Positions 27,301 to 42,300 of a DNA stretch of 64,000 nucleotides are shown here, one piece after another. The notes beneath the pieces were generated by a model. It ran no database searches. It was given only the letters and a program-made list of their open reading frames with translations, and was not told where the DNA came from. The stretch's first letter is position 1; the number at the start of each line of letters is the position of its first letter. The stretch is taken from NCBI GenBank assembly GCA_964016885.1, contig OZ024744.1, positions 45,632,001 to 45,696,000 of the forward strand, read 5' to 3'. The position numbers were made by a program, and so were the translations under genes. The DNA is from Eledone cirrhosa (taxonomy: Eukaryota).

Positions 27301-30300
27301 ACATACTACTGTACGTCTGTATCCATATATGTATGTACGTGTACATTCTTATATTTAAGTAACAGCCGTACTAAGAGTTTGAAATGAAATTTCGTTTCAT
27401 TTTTTCCGTTTATCGTTTGCGGTGCACCCGGTCGATTAACCCACTCGATATGCAAATTGGGCTACTCAGCCGTTACTATGCATAAGGTAAGTATATATGT
27501 TCAACAATCTGGCAGGAAGGTATACGTTGCTGGCGATAGCTAATAAGCTTGAAACTAGTACAGCGTTCCTTTGTCAGTGTTGAACAAACGAGCAACGATG
27601 GTTGCTGGACACTACGGCTTAATACAGGATGTTTGTATACAAACACACCGAGCATTATAATAAATGTTCGGTGAATCCATACGTACATATATATATATGT
27701 GTGCATGTATGTATATATATATACATACTACTGTACGTCTGTATACATATATGTATGTACGCGTATATACTTATATTTAAGTAAGAGCCGTACTAAGAGT
27801 GAGAAAGGAAATTTCGTTTCATTTTTTCCGTTTATCGTTTTCGGTGCACCCGGTCGATTAACCCACTCGATATGCAAATTGGGCTACTCAGCCGTTAATA
27901 TGCATAAGGTAAGTATATACGTTCAACAATCTGGCAGGCAGGTATACGTTGCTGACGATAGCTAATAAGCTTGAAACTAGTACAGCGTTTCTTTGTCAGT
28001 GTTGAACAAACGAGCAACGATGCTTGCTGGACACTACGGCTTAATACGGGATGTTTGTTTACAAACACAGCGAGCATTATAATAAATGTTCGGTGAATCC
28101 ATACGTACATATATATATGTGTGCATGTATGTATATATATATATACATACTACTGTACGTCTGTATACATATATGTATGTACGTGTGCATACTTATATTT
28201 AAGTAACAGCCGTACTAAGAGTGGGAAATGAAATTTCGTTTCATTTTTTCCGTTTCTCGTTTTCGTTGCACCCGGCAGATTAAACCAATCGATATGCAAA
28301 TATGTGCTACTCATCCGTTAATATGCATAAGGTAAGTATATACGTTCAACAATCTGGCAGGAAGGTATACGTTACTGACGATAGCTAATAAGCTTGAAAC
28401 TAGTACAGCGTTCCAGTGTCAGTGTTGAACAAACGAGCAACGATGCTTGCTGGACACTACGGCTTAATACGGGATGTTTGTTTACAAACACACCGAGCAT
28501 TATAATTAATGTTCGGTGAATACATACGTACATATATATATATATATGTGTGCATGTATGTATATATATATATAAATTCTACTGTATGTCTGTATACATA
28601 TATGTATGTACGTGTACATACTTATATTTAAGTAACAGCCGTACTAAGAGTGGGAAATGAAAATTTCGTTTCATTTTTTCCGTTAATCGTTTTCGGTGCA
28701 CCCGGCCGATTAACCCACTCGATATACAAATTGGGCTACTCAGCCGTTACTATGCATAAGGTAAGTATATAAGGTCAACAATCTGGCAGGATGGTATACG
28801 TTGCTGACGATAGCTAATAAGTTTGAAACTAGTACAGCGTTTCTTTGTCAGTGTTGAACAAACGAGCAACGATGCTTGCTGGACACTACGGCTTAATACG
28901 GGATGTTTGTTTACAAACACATCGAGCATGATAATAAATGTTCGGTGAATCCATACGTACATATATATATATGTGTGCATGTATGTATATATATATACAT
29001 ACTACTGTACGTCTGTATACATATATGTATGTACGCGTATATACTTATATTTAAGTAAGAGCCGTACTAAGAGTGAGAAAGCAAATTTCGTTTCATTTTT
29101 TCCGTTTATCGTTTTCGGTGCACCCGGCCGATTAACCCACTCGATATACAAATTGGGCTACTCAGCCGTTACTATGCATAAGGTAAGTATATAAGTTCAA
29201 CAATCTGGCAGGAAGGTATACGTTGCTGACGATAACTAATAAGCTTGAAACTAGTACAGCGTTCCTTTGTCAGTGTTGAACAAATGATGCAACGATGGTT
29301 GCTGGATACTACGGCTTAATACGGGATGTTTGTTTACAAACACATCGAGCATGATAATAAATGTTCGGTGAATCCATATGTACATATATATATATGTGTG
29401 CATGTATGTATATATATATACATACTACTGTACGTCTGTATACATATATGTATGTACGCGTATATACTTATATTTAAGTAAGAGCCGTACGAAGAGTGAG
29501 AAAGCAAATTTCGTTTCATTTTTTCCGTTTATCGTTTTCGGTGCACCCGGTCGATTAACCCACTCGATATGCAAATTGGGCTACTCAGCCGTTAATATGC
29601 ATAAGGTAAGTATATACGTTCAACAATCTGGCAGGAAGGTATACGTTTCTGACGATAGCTAATAAGTTTGAAACTAGTACAGCGTTTCTTTGTCAGTGTT
29701 GAACAAACGAGCAACGATGCTTGCTGGACACTACGGCTTAATACGGGATGTTTGTTTACAAACACAGCGAGCATTATAATAAATGTTCGGTGAATCCATA
29801 CGTACATATATATATGTGTGCATGTATGTATATATATATACATACTACTGTACGTCTGTATACATATATGTATGTACGTGTGCATACTTATATTTAAGTA
29901 ACAGCCGTACTAAGAGTGGGAAATGAAATTTCGTTTAATTTTTTCCGTTTCTCGTTTTCGTTGCACCCGGCCGATTAAACCAATCGATATGCAAATATGT
30001 GCTACTCATCCGTTAATATGCATAAGGTAAGTATATACGTTCAACAATCTGGCAGGAAGGTATTCGTTGCTGACGATAGCTAATAAGCTTGAAACCAGTA
30101 CAGCGTTTCTTTGTCAGTGATGAACAAACGAGCAACGATAGTTGTTGGACACTACGGCTTAATACGGGATGTTTGTTTACAAACACGCCGAGCATTATAA
30201 TATATGTTCGGTGAATCCATACGTACATATATATATATGTGTGTGCATGTATGTATATATATATACATAATACTGTACGTCTGTATACATATATGTATGT

Positions 30301-33300
30301 ACGCGTACATACTTATATTTAAGTAACAGCCGTACTAAGAGTGGGAAATAAAATTTCGTTTCATTTTTTCCGTTTATCGATTTCGATGCACCCGGCCGAT
30401 TAACCCACTCGATACGCAAATATGGGCTACGCAGCCGTTAATATACATAAGGTAAGTATATACGTTCAACAATCTGGCAGGAAGGTATACGTTGCTGACG
30501 ATAGCTAGTAAGTTCGAAACTAGTACAGCGTTCCTTTGTCAGTGTTGAACAAATGATGCAACGATGGTTCCTGGACACTACGGCTTAATACGGGATGTTT
30601 GTTTACAAACACACCGAGCATTATAATAAATGTTCGGTGAATCCATACGTACATATATATATGTGTGCATGTATGTATATACATATATACATACTACTGT
30701 ACGTCTGTATACATATATGTATGTACGCGTACATACTTATATTTAAGTAACAGCCGTACTAAGAGTGAGAAATGAAATTTCGTGTCATTTTTTCCGTTTA
30801 TCGTTTTCGGTGCACCCAGTCGATTAACCCACTCGATATGCAAATTGGGCTACTCAGCCGTTAATATGAATAAGGTAAGTATATACGTTCAACAATCTGG
30901 CAGGAAGGTATACGTTGCTGACGATAGCTAGTAAGTTCGAAACTAGTACAGCGTTCCTTTGTCAGTGTTGAACAAACGAGCAATGATGGTTGCTGGACAC
31001 TACGGCTTAATACGGGATGTTTGTTTACAAACACACCGAGCATTATTATATATGTTCGGTGAATCCATACGTACATATATACATATGTGTGTGCATTTAT
31101 GTATATATATATAAATACTACTGTACGTCTGTATACATATATGTATGTACGTGTACATACTTATATTTAAGTAAGAGCCGTACTAAGAGTGAGAAAGCCA
31201 ATTTCGTTTCATTTTTTCCGTTTATCGTTTTCGGTGCACCCAGTCGATTAACCGACTCGATATGCAAATTGGGCTACTCAGCCGTTAATATGAATAAGGT
31301 AAGTATATACGTTCAACAATCTGGCACGAAGGTATACGTTGCTGACGATAGCTAATAAGCTTGAAACTAGTACAGCGTTTCTTTGTCAGTGTTGAACAAA
31401 CGCGCAACGATGCTTGCTGGACACTACGGCTTAATACGGGATGTTTGTTTACAAACACACCGAGCATTATAATAAATATTCGGGGAATCCATACGTACAT
31501 ATATATATGTGTGCATGTATGTATATATAGATATACATACCACTGTACGTCTGTATACATATATGTATGTACGTGTACATACTTATATTTAAGTAACAGT
31601 CGTACTAAGAGTGGGAAATGAAATTTCGTTTCATTTTTTCAGTTTATCGTTTTCGGTGCACCCGGCCGATTAACCCTTTCTATACGCAAATTGGGCTACT
31701 CAGCCGTTACTATGCATAAGGTAAGTATATACGTTCAACAATCTGGCAGGAAGGTATACGTTGCTGACGATAGCTAATAAGCTTGAAACTAGTACAGCGT
31801 TTCTTTGTTAGTGATGAACAAACGAGCAACGATGGTTGCTAGACACTACGGCTTAATACGGGATGTTTGTTTACAAACACACCGAGCATTATTATAAATG
31901 TTCGGTGAATCCATACGTACATATATATATGTGTGCATGTATGTATATATATATACATACTACTGAACGTCTGTATACTTATATGTATGTACGTGTACAT
32001 ACTTATATTTAAGTAACAGCCGTACTACGAGTGGGAAATAAAATTTCGTTTCATTTTTTCCGCTTATCGATTTCGATGCACCCGGCCGATTAACCCACTC
32101 GATACGCAAATATGGGCTACTCAGCCGTTAATATACATAAGGTAAGTATATACGTTCAACAATCTGGCAGGAAGGTATACGTTGCTGTCGATAGCTAATA
32201 AGCTTGAAACTAGTACAGCGCTTCTTTGTCAGTGTTGAACAAACGCGCATCGATGCTTGCTGGACACTACGGCTTAATACGGGATGTTTGTTTACAAACA
32301 CACCGAGCATTATAATAAATATTCGGGGAATCCATACGTACATATATATATGTGTGCATGGATGTATATATAGATATACATACCACTGTACGTCTGTATA
32401 CATATATGTATGTACGTGTACATACTTATATTTAAGTAACAGCTGTACTAAGAGTGGGAAATGAAATTTCGTTTTATTTTTCTGTTTATCGTTTTCGGTG
32501 CACCCGGCCGATTAACCCATTCGATATGCAAATTGGGCTACTCAGCCGTTACTATGCATAAGGTAATTATATACGTTCAACAATCTGGCAGGAAGGTATA
32601 CGTTGCTGACGATAGCTAATAAGCTTGAAACTAGTACAGCGTTTCTTTGTCAGTGTTGAACAAACGTGCAACGATGCTTGCTGGACACTACGGCTTAATA
32701 CGGGATGTTTGTTTACAAACACACTGAGCATTATAATAAATGTTCGGTGAATCCATACGTACATATATATATGTGTGCATGTATGTATATATATATACAT
32801 ACTACTTTACGTCTGTATACTTATATGTATGTACGTATACATACTTATATTTAAGTAACAGCCGTACTAAGAGTGGGAAATGAAATTTCGTTTCATTTTT
32901 TCAGTTTATCGTTTTCGGTGCACCCGGCCGATTAACCCACTCGATATGCAAATTGGGCTACTCAGCCGTTACTATGCATAAGGTAAGTACATAAGTTCAA
33001 CAATCTGGCAGGAAGGTATACGTTGCTGACGATAGCTAGTAAGTTCGAAACTAGTACAGCGTTCCTTTGTCAGTGTTGAACAAATGATGCAACGATGGTT
33101 CCTGGACACTACGGCTTAATACGGGATGTTTGTTTACAAACACACCGAGCATTATAATAAATGTTCGGTGAATCCATACGTACATATATATATGTGTGCA
33201 TGTATGTATATACATATATACATACTACTGTACGTCTGTATACATATATGTATGTACGCGTACATACTTATATTTAAGTAACAGCCGTACTAAGAGTGAG

Positions 33301-36300
33301 AAATGAAATTTCGTGTCATTTTTTCCGTTTATCGTTTTCGGTGCACCCAGTCGATTAACCCACTCGATATGCAAATTGGGCTACTCAGCCGTTAATATGA
33401 ATAAGGTAAGTATATACGTTCAACAATCTGGCAGGAAGGTATACGTTGCTGACGATAGCTAGTAAGTTCGAAACTAGTACAGCGTTCCTTTGTCAGTGTT
33501 GAACAAACGAGCAATGATGGTTGCTGGACACTACGGCTTAATACGGGATGTTTGTTTACAAACACACCGAGCATTATTATATATGTTCGGTGAATCCATA
33601 CGTACATATATACATATGTGTGTGCATTTATGTATATATATATAAATACTACTGTACGTCTGTATACATATATGTATGTACGTGTACATACTTATATTTA
33701 AGTAAGAGCCGTACTAAGAGTGAGAAAGCCAATTTCGTTTCATTTTTTCCGTTTATCGTTTTCGGTGCACCCAGTCGATTAACCGACTCGATATGCAAAT
33801 TGGGCTACTCAGCCGTTAATATGAATAAGGTAAGTATATACGTTCAACAATCTGGCACGAAGGTATACGTTGCTGACGATAGCTAATAAGCTTGAAACTA
33901 GTACAGCGTTTCTTTGTCAGTGTTGAACAAACGCGCAACGATGCTTGCTGGACACTACGGCTTAATACGGGATGTTTGTTTACAAACACACCGAGCATTA
34001 TAATAAATATTCGGGGAATCCATACGTACATATATATATGTGTGCATGTATGTATATATAGATATACATACCACTGTACGTCTGTATACATATATCTATG
34101 TACGTGTACATACTTATATTTAAGTAACAGTCGTACTAAGAGTGGGAAATGAAATTTCGTTTCATTTTTTCAGTTTATCGTTTTCGGTGCACCCGGCCGA
34201 TTAACCCTTTCTATATGCAAATTGGGCTACTCAGCCGTTACTATGCATAAGGTAAGTATATACGTTCAACAATCTGGCAGGAAGGTATACGTTGCTGACG
34301 ATAGCTAATAAGCTTGAAACTAGTACAGCGTTTCTTTGTTAGTGATGAACAAACGAGCAACGATGGTTGCTAGACACTACGGCTTAATACGGGATGTTTG
34401 TTTACAAACACACCGAGCATTATTATAAATGTTCGGTGAATCCATACGTACATATATATATGTGTGCATGTATGTATATATATATACATACTACTGAACG
34501 TCTGTATACTTATATGTATGTACGTGTACATACTTATATTTAAGTAACAGCCGTACTACGAGTGGGAAATAAAATTTCGTTTCATTTTTTCCGCTTATCG
34601 ATTTCGATGCACCCGGCCGATTAACCCACTCGATACGCAAATATGGGCTACTCAGCCGTTAATATACATAAGGTAAGTATATACGTTCAACAATCTGGCA
34701 GGAAGGTATACGTTGCTGTCGATAGCTAATAAGCTTGAAACTAGTACAGCGCTTCTTTGTCAGTGTTGAACAAACGCGCATCGATGCTTGCTGGACACTA
34801 CGGCTTAATACGGGATGTTTGTTTACAAACACACCGAGCATTATAATAAATATTCGGGGAATCCATACGTACATATATATATGTGTGCATGGATGTATAT
34901 ATAGATATACATACCACTGTACGTCTGTATACATATATGTATGTACGTGTACATACTTATATTTAAGTAACAGCTGTACTAAGAGTGGGAAATGAAATTT
35001 CGTTTTATTTTTCTGTTTATCGTTTTCGGTGCACCCGGCCGATTAACCCATTCGATATGCAAATTGGGCTACTCAGCCGTTACTATGCATAAGGTAATTA
35101 TATACGTTCAACAATCTGGCAGGAAGGTATACGTTGCTGACGATAGCTAATAAGCTTGAAACTAGTACAGCGTTTCTTTGTCAGTGTTGAACAAACGTGC
35201 AACGATGCTTGCTGGACACTACGGCTTAATACGGGATGTTTGTTTACAAACACACTGAGCATTATAATAAATGTTCGGTGAATCCATACGTACATATATA
35301 TATGTGTGCATGTATGTATATATATATACATACTACTTTACGTCTGTATACTTATATGTATGTACGTATACATACTTATATTTAAGTAACAGCCGTACTA
35401 AGAGTGGGAAATGAAATTTCGTTTCATTTTTTCAGTTTATCGTTTTCGGTACACCCGGCCGATTAACCCACTCGATATGCAAATTGGGCTACTCAGCCGT
35501 TACTATGCATAAGGTAAGTACATAAGTTCAACAATCTGGCAGGAAGGTATACGTGGCTGGCGATAGCTAATAAGGTTGAAACTAGTACAGCGTTCCTTTG
35601 TCAGTGTTGAACAAACGAGCAACGATGGTGGCTGGACACTACGGCTGAATACAGGATGTTTGTTTACAAACACACCGAGCATTATAATAAATGTTCGGTG
35701 AATCTATACGTACATATATATATATGTGCATGTATGTATATATATATAAATACTACTGTACGTCTGTATACATATATGTATGTAGGTGTACATACTTATA
35801 TTTAAGTAACAGCCGTACTAAGAGTGGGAAATGAAATTTCGTTTCATTTTTCCGTTTATCGTTTTCGGTGCACCCGGCCGATTAACCCACTCGATATGCA
35901 ATTTGGGTTACTCAGCCGTTAATATACATAAGGTAAGTATATACGTTCAACAATCTGGCAGGAAGGTATACGTTGCTGACGATAACTAATAAGCTTGAAA
36001 CTAGTACAGCGTTCCTTTGTCAGCGTTGAACAAATGATGCAACGATGGTTGCTGGATACTACGGCTTAATACGGGATGTTTGTTTACAAACACATCGAGC
36101 ATGATAATAAATGTTCGGTGAATCCATACGTACATATATATATATGTGTGCATGTATGTATATATATATACATACTACTGTACGTCTGTATACATATATG
36201 TATGTACGTGTGCATACTTATATTTAAGTAACAGCCGTACTAAGAGTGGGAAATGAAATTTCGTTTCATTTTTTCCGTTTCCCGTTTTCGTTGCACCCGG

Positions 36301-39300
36301 CCGATTAAACCAATCGATATGCAAATATGTGCTACTCATCCGTTAATATGCATAAGGTAAGTATATACGTTCAACAATCTGGCAAGAAGGTATATGTTAC
36401 TGACGATAGCTAATAAGCTTGAAACTAGTACAGCGTTCCATTGTCAGTGTTGAACAAACGAGCAACGATGCTTCCTGGACACTACGGCTTAATACGGGAT
36501 GTCTGTTTACAAACACACCGAGCATTATAATAAATGTTCGGTGAATCCATACGTATATATATATATATGTGCATGTATGTATATATATATATATACATAC
36601 TACCGTACGTCTGTATCCATATATGTATGTACGTGTACATTCTTATATTTAAGTAACAGCCGTACTAAGAGTTTGAAATGAAATTTCGTTTCATTTGTTC
36701 CATTTATCGTTGTCGATACACCCGTACGATTAACCCACTCGATATGCAAATTGGGCTACTCAGCCATTAATATGCATGAGGTAAATATATACGTTCAACA
36801 ATCTGGCAGGAAGGTATACGTTGCTGACGATAGCTAATAAGCTTGAAACTAGTACAGCGTTCTTTTGTCAGTGTTGAACAAACGAGCAACGATGGTTTCT
36901 TGACACTACGGATTAATACGTGATGTTTGTTTACAAACACACCGAGCATTATAATTAATGTTCGGTGAATCCATACGTACATTTATATATGTGTGCATGT
37001 ATGTATATATATATATACATACTACTGTACGTCTGTATACATATATGTATGTGCGCGTAGATACTTATATTTAAGTAACAGCCGTACTAAGAGTGGGAAA
37101 TGAAATTTCGTTTCATTTTTTCAGTTTATCGTTTTCGGTGCAGCCGGCCGATTAACCCATTCTATATGTAAATTGGGCTACTCAGCCGTTACTATGCATA
37201 AGGTAAGTATATACGTTCAACAATCTGGCAGGAAGGTATACGTTGCTGACGATAGCTAATAAGCTTGAAACTAGTACAGCGTTTCTTTGTTAGCGATTAA
37301 CAAACGAGCAACGATGGTTGCTAGACACTACGGCTTAATACGGGATGTTTGTTTACAAACACAACCGAGCGTTATTATAAATGTTCGGTGAATACATACG
37401 TACATATATATATGTGTGCATGTATGTATATATATATAAATTCTACTGTACGTCTGTATACATATATGTATGTACGCGTACATACTTATATTTAAGTAAC
37501 AGCCGTACTAAGAGTGAGAAATGAAATTTCGTGTCATTTTTTCCGTTTATCGTTTTCGGTGCACCCAGTCGATTAACCCACTCGATATGCAAATTGGGCT
37601 ACTCAGCCGTTAATATGAATAAGGTAAGTATATACGTTCAACAATCTGGCAGGAAGGTATACGTTGCTGACGATAGCTAGTAAGTTCGAAACTAGTACAG
37701 CGTTCCTTTGTCAGTGTTGAACAAACGAGCAATGATGGTTGCTGGACACTACGGCTTAATACGGGATGTTTGTTTACAAACACACCGAGCATAATTATAT
37801 ATGTTCGGTGAATCCATACGTACATATATACATATGTGTGTGCATTTATGTATATATATATAAATACTACTGTACGTCTGTATACATATATGTATGTACG
37901 TGTACATACTTATATTTAAGTAAGAGCCGTACTAAGAGTGAGAAAGCCAATTTCGTTTCATTTTTTCCGTTTATCGTTTTCGGTGCACCCAGTCGATTAA
38001 CCGACTCGATATGCAAATTGGGCTACTCAGCCGTTAATATGAATAAGGTAAGTATATACGTTCAACAATCTGGCACGAAGGTATACGTTGCTGACGATAG
38101 CTAATAAGCTTGAAACTAGTACAGCGTTTCTTTGTCAGTGTTGAACAAACGCGCAACGATGCTTGCTGGACACTACGGCTTAATACGGGATGTTTGTTTA
38201 CAAACACACCGAGCATTATAATAAATATTCGGGGAATCCATACGTACATATATATATGTGTGCATGTATGTATATATAGATATACATACCACTGTACGTC
38301 TGTATACATATATCTATGTACGTGTACATACTTATATTTAAGTAACAGTCGTACTAAGAGTGGGAAATGAAATTTCGTTTCATTTTTTCAGTTTATCGTT
38401 TTCGGTGCACCCGGCCGATTAACCCTTTCTATATGCAAATTGGGCTACTCAGCCGTTACTATGCATAAGGTAAGTATATACGTTCAACAATCTGGCAGGA
38501 AGGTATACGTTGCTGACGATAGCTAATAAGCTTGAAACTAGTACAGCGTTTCTTTGTTAGTGATGAACAAACGAGCAACGATGGTTGCTAGACACTACGG
38601 CTTAATACGGGATGTTTGTTTACAAACACACCGAGCATTATTATAAATGTTCGGTGAATCCATACGTACATATATATATGTGTGCATGTATGTATATATA
38701 TATACATACTACTGAACGTCTGTATACTTATATGTATGTACGTGTACATACTTATATTTAAGTAACAGCCGTACTACGAGTGGGAAATAAAATTTCGTTT
38801 CATTTTTTCCGTTTATCGATTTCGATGCACCCGGCCGATTAACCCACTCGATACGCAAATATGGGCTACTCAGCCGTTAATATACATAAGGTAAGTATAT
38901 ACGTTCAACAATCTGGCAGGAAGGTATACGTTGCTGTCGATAGCTAATAAGCTTGAAACTAGTACAGCGCTTCTTTGTCAGTGTTGAACAAACGCGCATC
39001 GATGCTTGCTGGACACTACGGCTTAATACGGGATGTTTGTTTACAAACACACCGAGCATTATAATAAATATTCGGGGAATCCATACGTACATATATATAT
39101 GTGTGCATGGATGTATATATAGATATACATACCACTGTACGTCTGTATACATATATGTATGTACGTGTACATACTTATATTTAAGTAACAGCTGTACTAA
39201 GAGTGGGAAATGAAATTTCGTTTTATTTTTCTGTTTATCGTTTTCGGTGCACCCGGCCGATTAACCCATTCGATATGCAAATTGGGCTACTCAGCCGTTA

Positions 39301-42300
39301 CTATGCATAAGGTAATTATATACGTTCAACAATCTGGCAGGAAGGTATACGTTGCTGACGATAGCTAATAAGCTTGAAACTAGTACAGCGTTTCTTTGTC
39401 AGTGTTGAACAAACGTGCAACGATGCTTGCTGGACACTACGGCTTAATACGGGATGTTTGTTTACAAACACACTGAGCATTATAATAAATGTTCGGTGAA
39501 TCCATACGTACATATATATATGTGTGCATGTATGTATATATATATACATACTACTTTACGTCTGTATACTTATATGTATGTACGTATACATACTTATATT
39601 TAAGTAACAGCCGTACTAAGAGTGGGAAATGAAATTTCGTTTCATTTTTTCAGTTTATCGTTTTCGGTGCACCCGGCCGATTAACCCACTCGATATGCAA
39701 ATTGGGCTACTCAGCCGTTACTATGCATAAGGTAAGTACATAAGTTCAACAATCTGGCAGGAAGGTATACGTGGCTGGCGATAGCTAATAAGGTTGAAAC
39801 TAGTACAGCGTTCCTTTGTCAGTGTTGAACAAACGAGCAACGATGGTGGCTGGACACTACGGCTGAATACAGGATGTTTGTTTACAAACACACCGAGCAT
39901 TATAATAAATGTTCGGTGAATCTATACGTACATATATATATATGTGCATGTATGTATATATATATAAATACTACTGTACGTCTGTATACATATATGTATG
40001 TAGGTGTACATACTTATATTTAAGTAACAGCCGTACTAAGAGTGGGAAATGAAATTTCGTTTCATTTTTCCGTTTATCGTTTTCGGTGCACCCGGCCGAT
40101 TAACCCACTCGATATGCAATTTGGGTTACTCAGCCGTTAATATACATAAGGTAAGTATATACGTTCAACAATCTGGCAGGAAGGTATACGTTGCTGACGA
40201 TAACTAATAAGCTTGAAACTAGTACAGCGTTCCTTTGTCAGCGTTGAACAAATGATGCAACGATGGTTGCTGGATACTACGGCTTAATACGGGATGTTTG
40301 TTTACAAACACATCGAGCATGATAATAAATGTTCGGTGAATCCATACGTACATATATATATATGTGTGCATGTATGTATATATATATACATACTACTGTA
40401 CGTCTGTATACATATATGTATGTACGTGTGCATACTTATATTTAAGTAACAGCCGTACTAAGAGTGGGAAATGAAATTTCGTTTCATTTTTTCCGTTTCC
40501 CGTTTTCGTTGCACCCGGCCGATTAAACCAATCGATATGCACATATGTGCTACTCATCCGTTAATATGCATAAGGTAAGTATATACGTTCAACAATCTGG
40601 CAGGAAGGTATATGTTACTGACGATAGCTAATAAGCTTGAAACTAGTACAGCGTTCCATTGTCAGTGTTGAACAAACGAGCAACGATGCTTCCTGGACAC
40701 TACGGCTTAATACGGGATGTCTGTTTACAAACACACCGAGCATTATAATAAATGTTCGGTGAATCCATACGTATATATATATATATGTGCATGTATGTAT
40801 ATATATATATATACATACTACCGTACGTCTGTATCCATATATGTATGTACGTGTACATTCTTATATTTAAGTAACAGCCGTACTAAGAGTTTGAAATGAA
40901 ATTTCGTTTCATTTGTTCCATTTATCGTTGTCGATACACCCGTACGATTAACCCACTCGATATGCAAATTGGGCTACTCAGCCATTAATATGCATAAGGT
41001 AAATATATACGTTCAACAATCTGGCAGGAAGGTATACGTTGCTGACGATAGCTAATAAGCTTGAAACTAGTACAGCGTTCTTTTGTCAGTGTTGAACAAA
41101 CGAGCAACGATGGTTTCTTGACACTACGGATTAATACGTGATGTTTGTTTACAAACACACCGAGCATTATAATTAATGTTCGGTGAATCCATACGTACAT
41201 TTATATATGTGTGCATGTATGTATATATATATATACATACTACTGTACGTCTGTATACATATATGTATGTGCGCGTAGATACTTATATTTAAGTAACAGC
41301 CGTACTAAGAGTGGGAAATGAAATTTCGTTTCATTTTTTCAGTTTATCGTTTTCGGTGCAGCCGGCCGATTAACCCATTCTATATGTAAATTGGGCTACT
41401 CAGCCGTTACTATGCATAAGGTAAGTATATACGTTCAACAATCTGGCAGGAGGGTATACGTTGCTGACGATAGCTAATAAGCTTGAAACTAGTACAGCGT
41501 TTCTTTGTTAGCGATTAACAAACGAGCAACGATGGTTGCTAGACACTACGGCTTAATACGGGATGTTTGTTTACAAACACAACCGAGCGTTATTATAAAT
41601 GTTCGGTGAATACATACGTACATATATATATGTGTGCATGTATGTATATATATATAAATTCTACTGTATGTCTGTATACATATATGTATGTACGTGTACA
41701 TACTTATATTTAAGTAACAGCCGTACTAAGAGTGGGAAATGAAAATTTCGTTTCATTTTTCCGTTTATCGATTTCGGTGCACCCGGCCGATTAACCTACT
41801 CGATATGCAAATTGGGCTACTCAGCCGTTACTATGCATAAGGTAAGTATATATGTTCAACAATCTGGCAGGAAGGTATACGTTGCTGGCGATAGCTAATA
41901 AGCTTGAAACTAGTACAGCGTTCCTTTGTCAGTGTTGAACAAACGAGCAACGATGGTTGCTGGACACTACGGCTTAATACAGGATGTTTGTATACAAACA
42001 CACCGAGCATTATAATAAATGTTCGGTGAATCCATACGTACATATATATATATGTGTGCATGTATGTATATATATATACATACTACTGTACGTCTGTATA
42101 CATATATGTATGTACGCGTATATACTTATATTTAAGTAAGAGCCGTACTAAGAGTGAGAAAGGAAATTTCGTTTCATTTTTTCCGTTTATCGTTTTCGGT
42201 GCACCCGGTCGATTAACGCACTCGATATGCAAATTGGGCTACTCAGCCGTTAATATGCATAAGGTAAGTATATACGTTCAACAATCTGGCAGGCAGGTAT

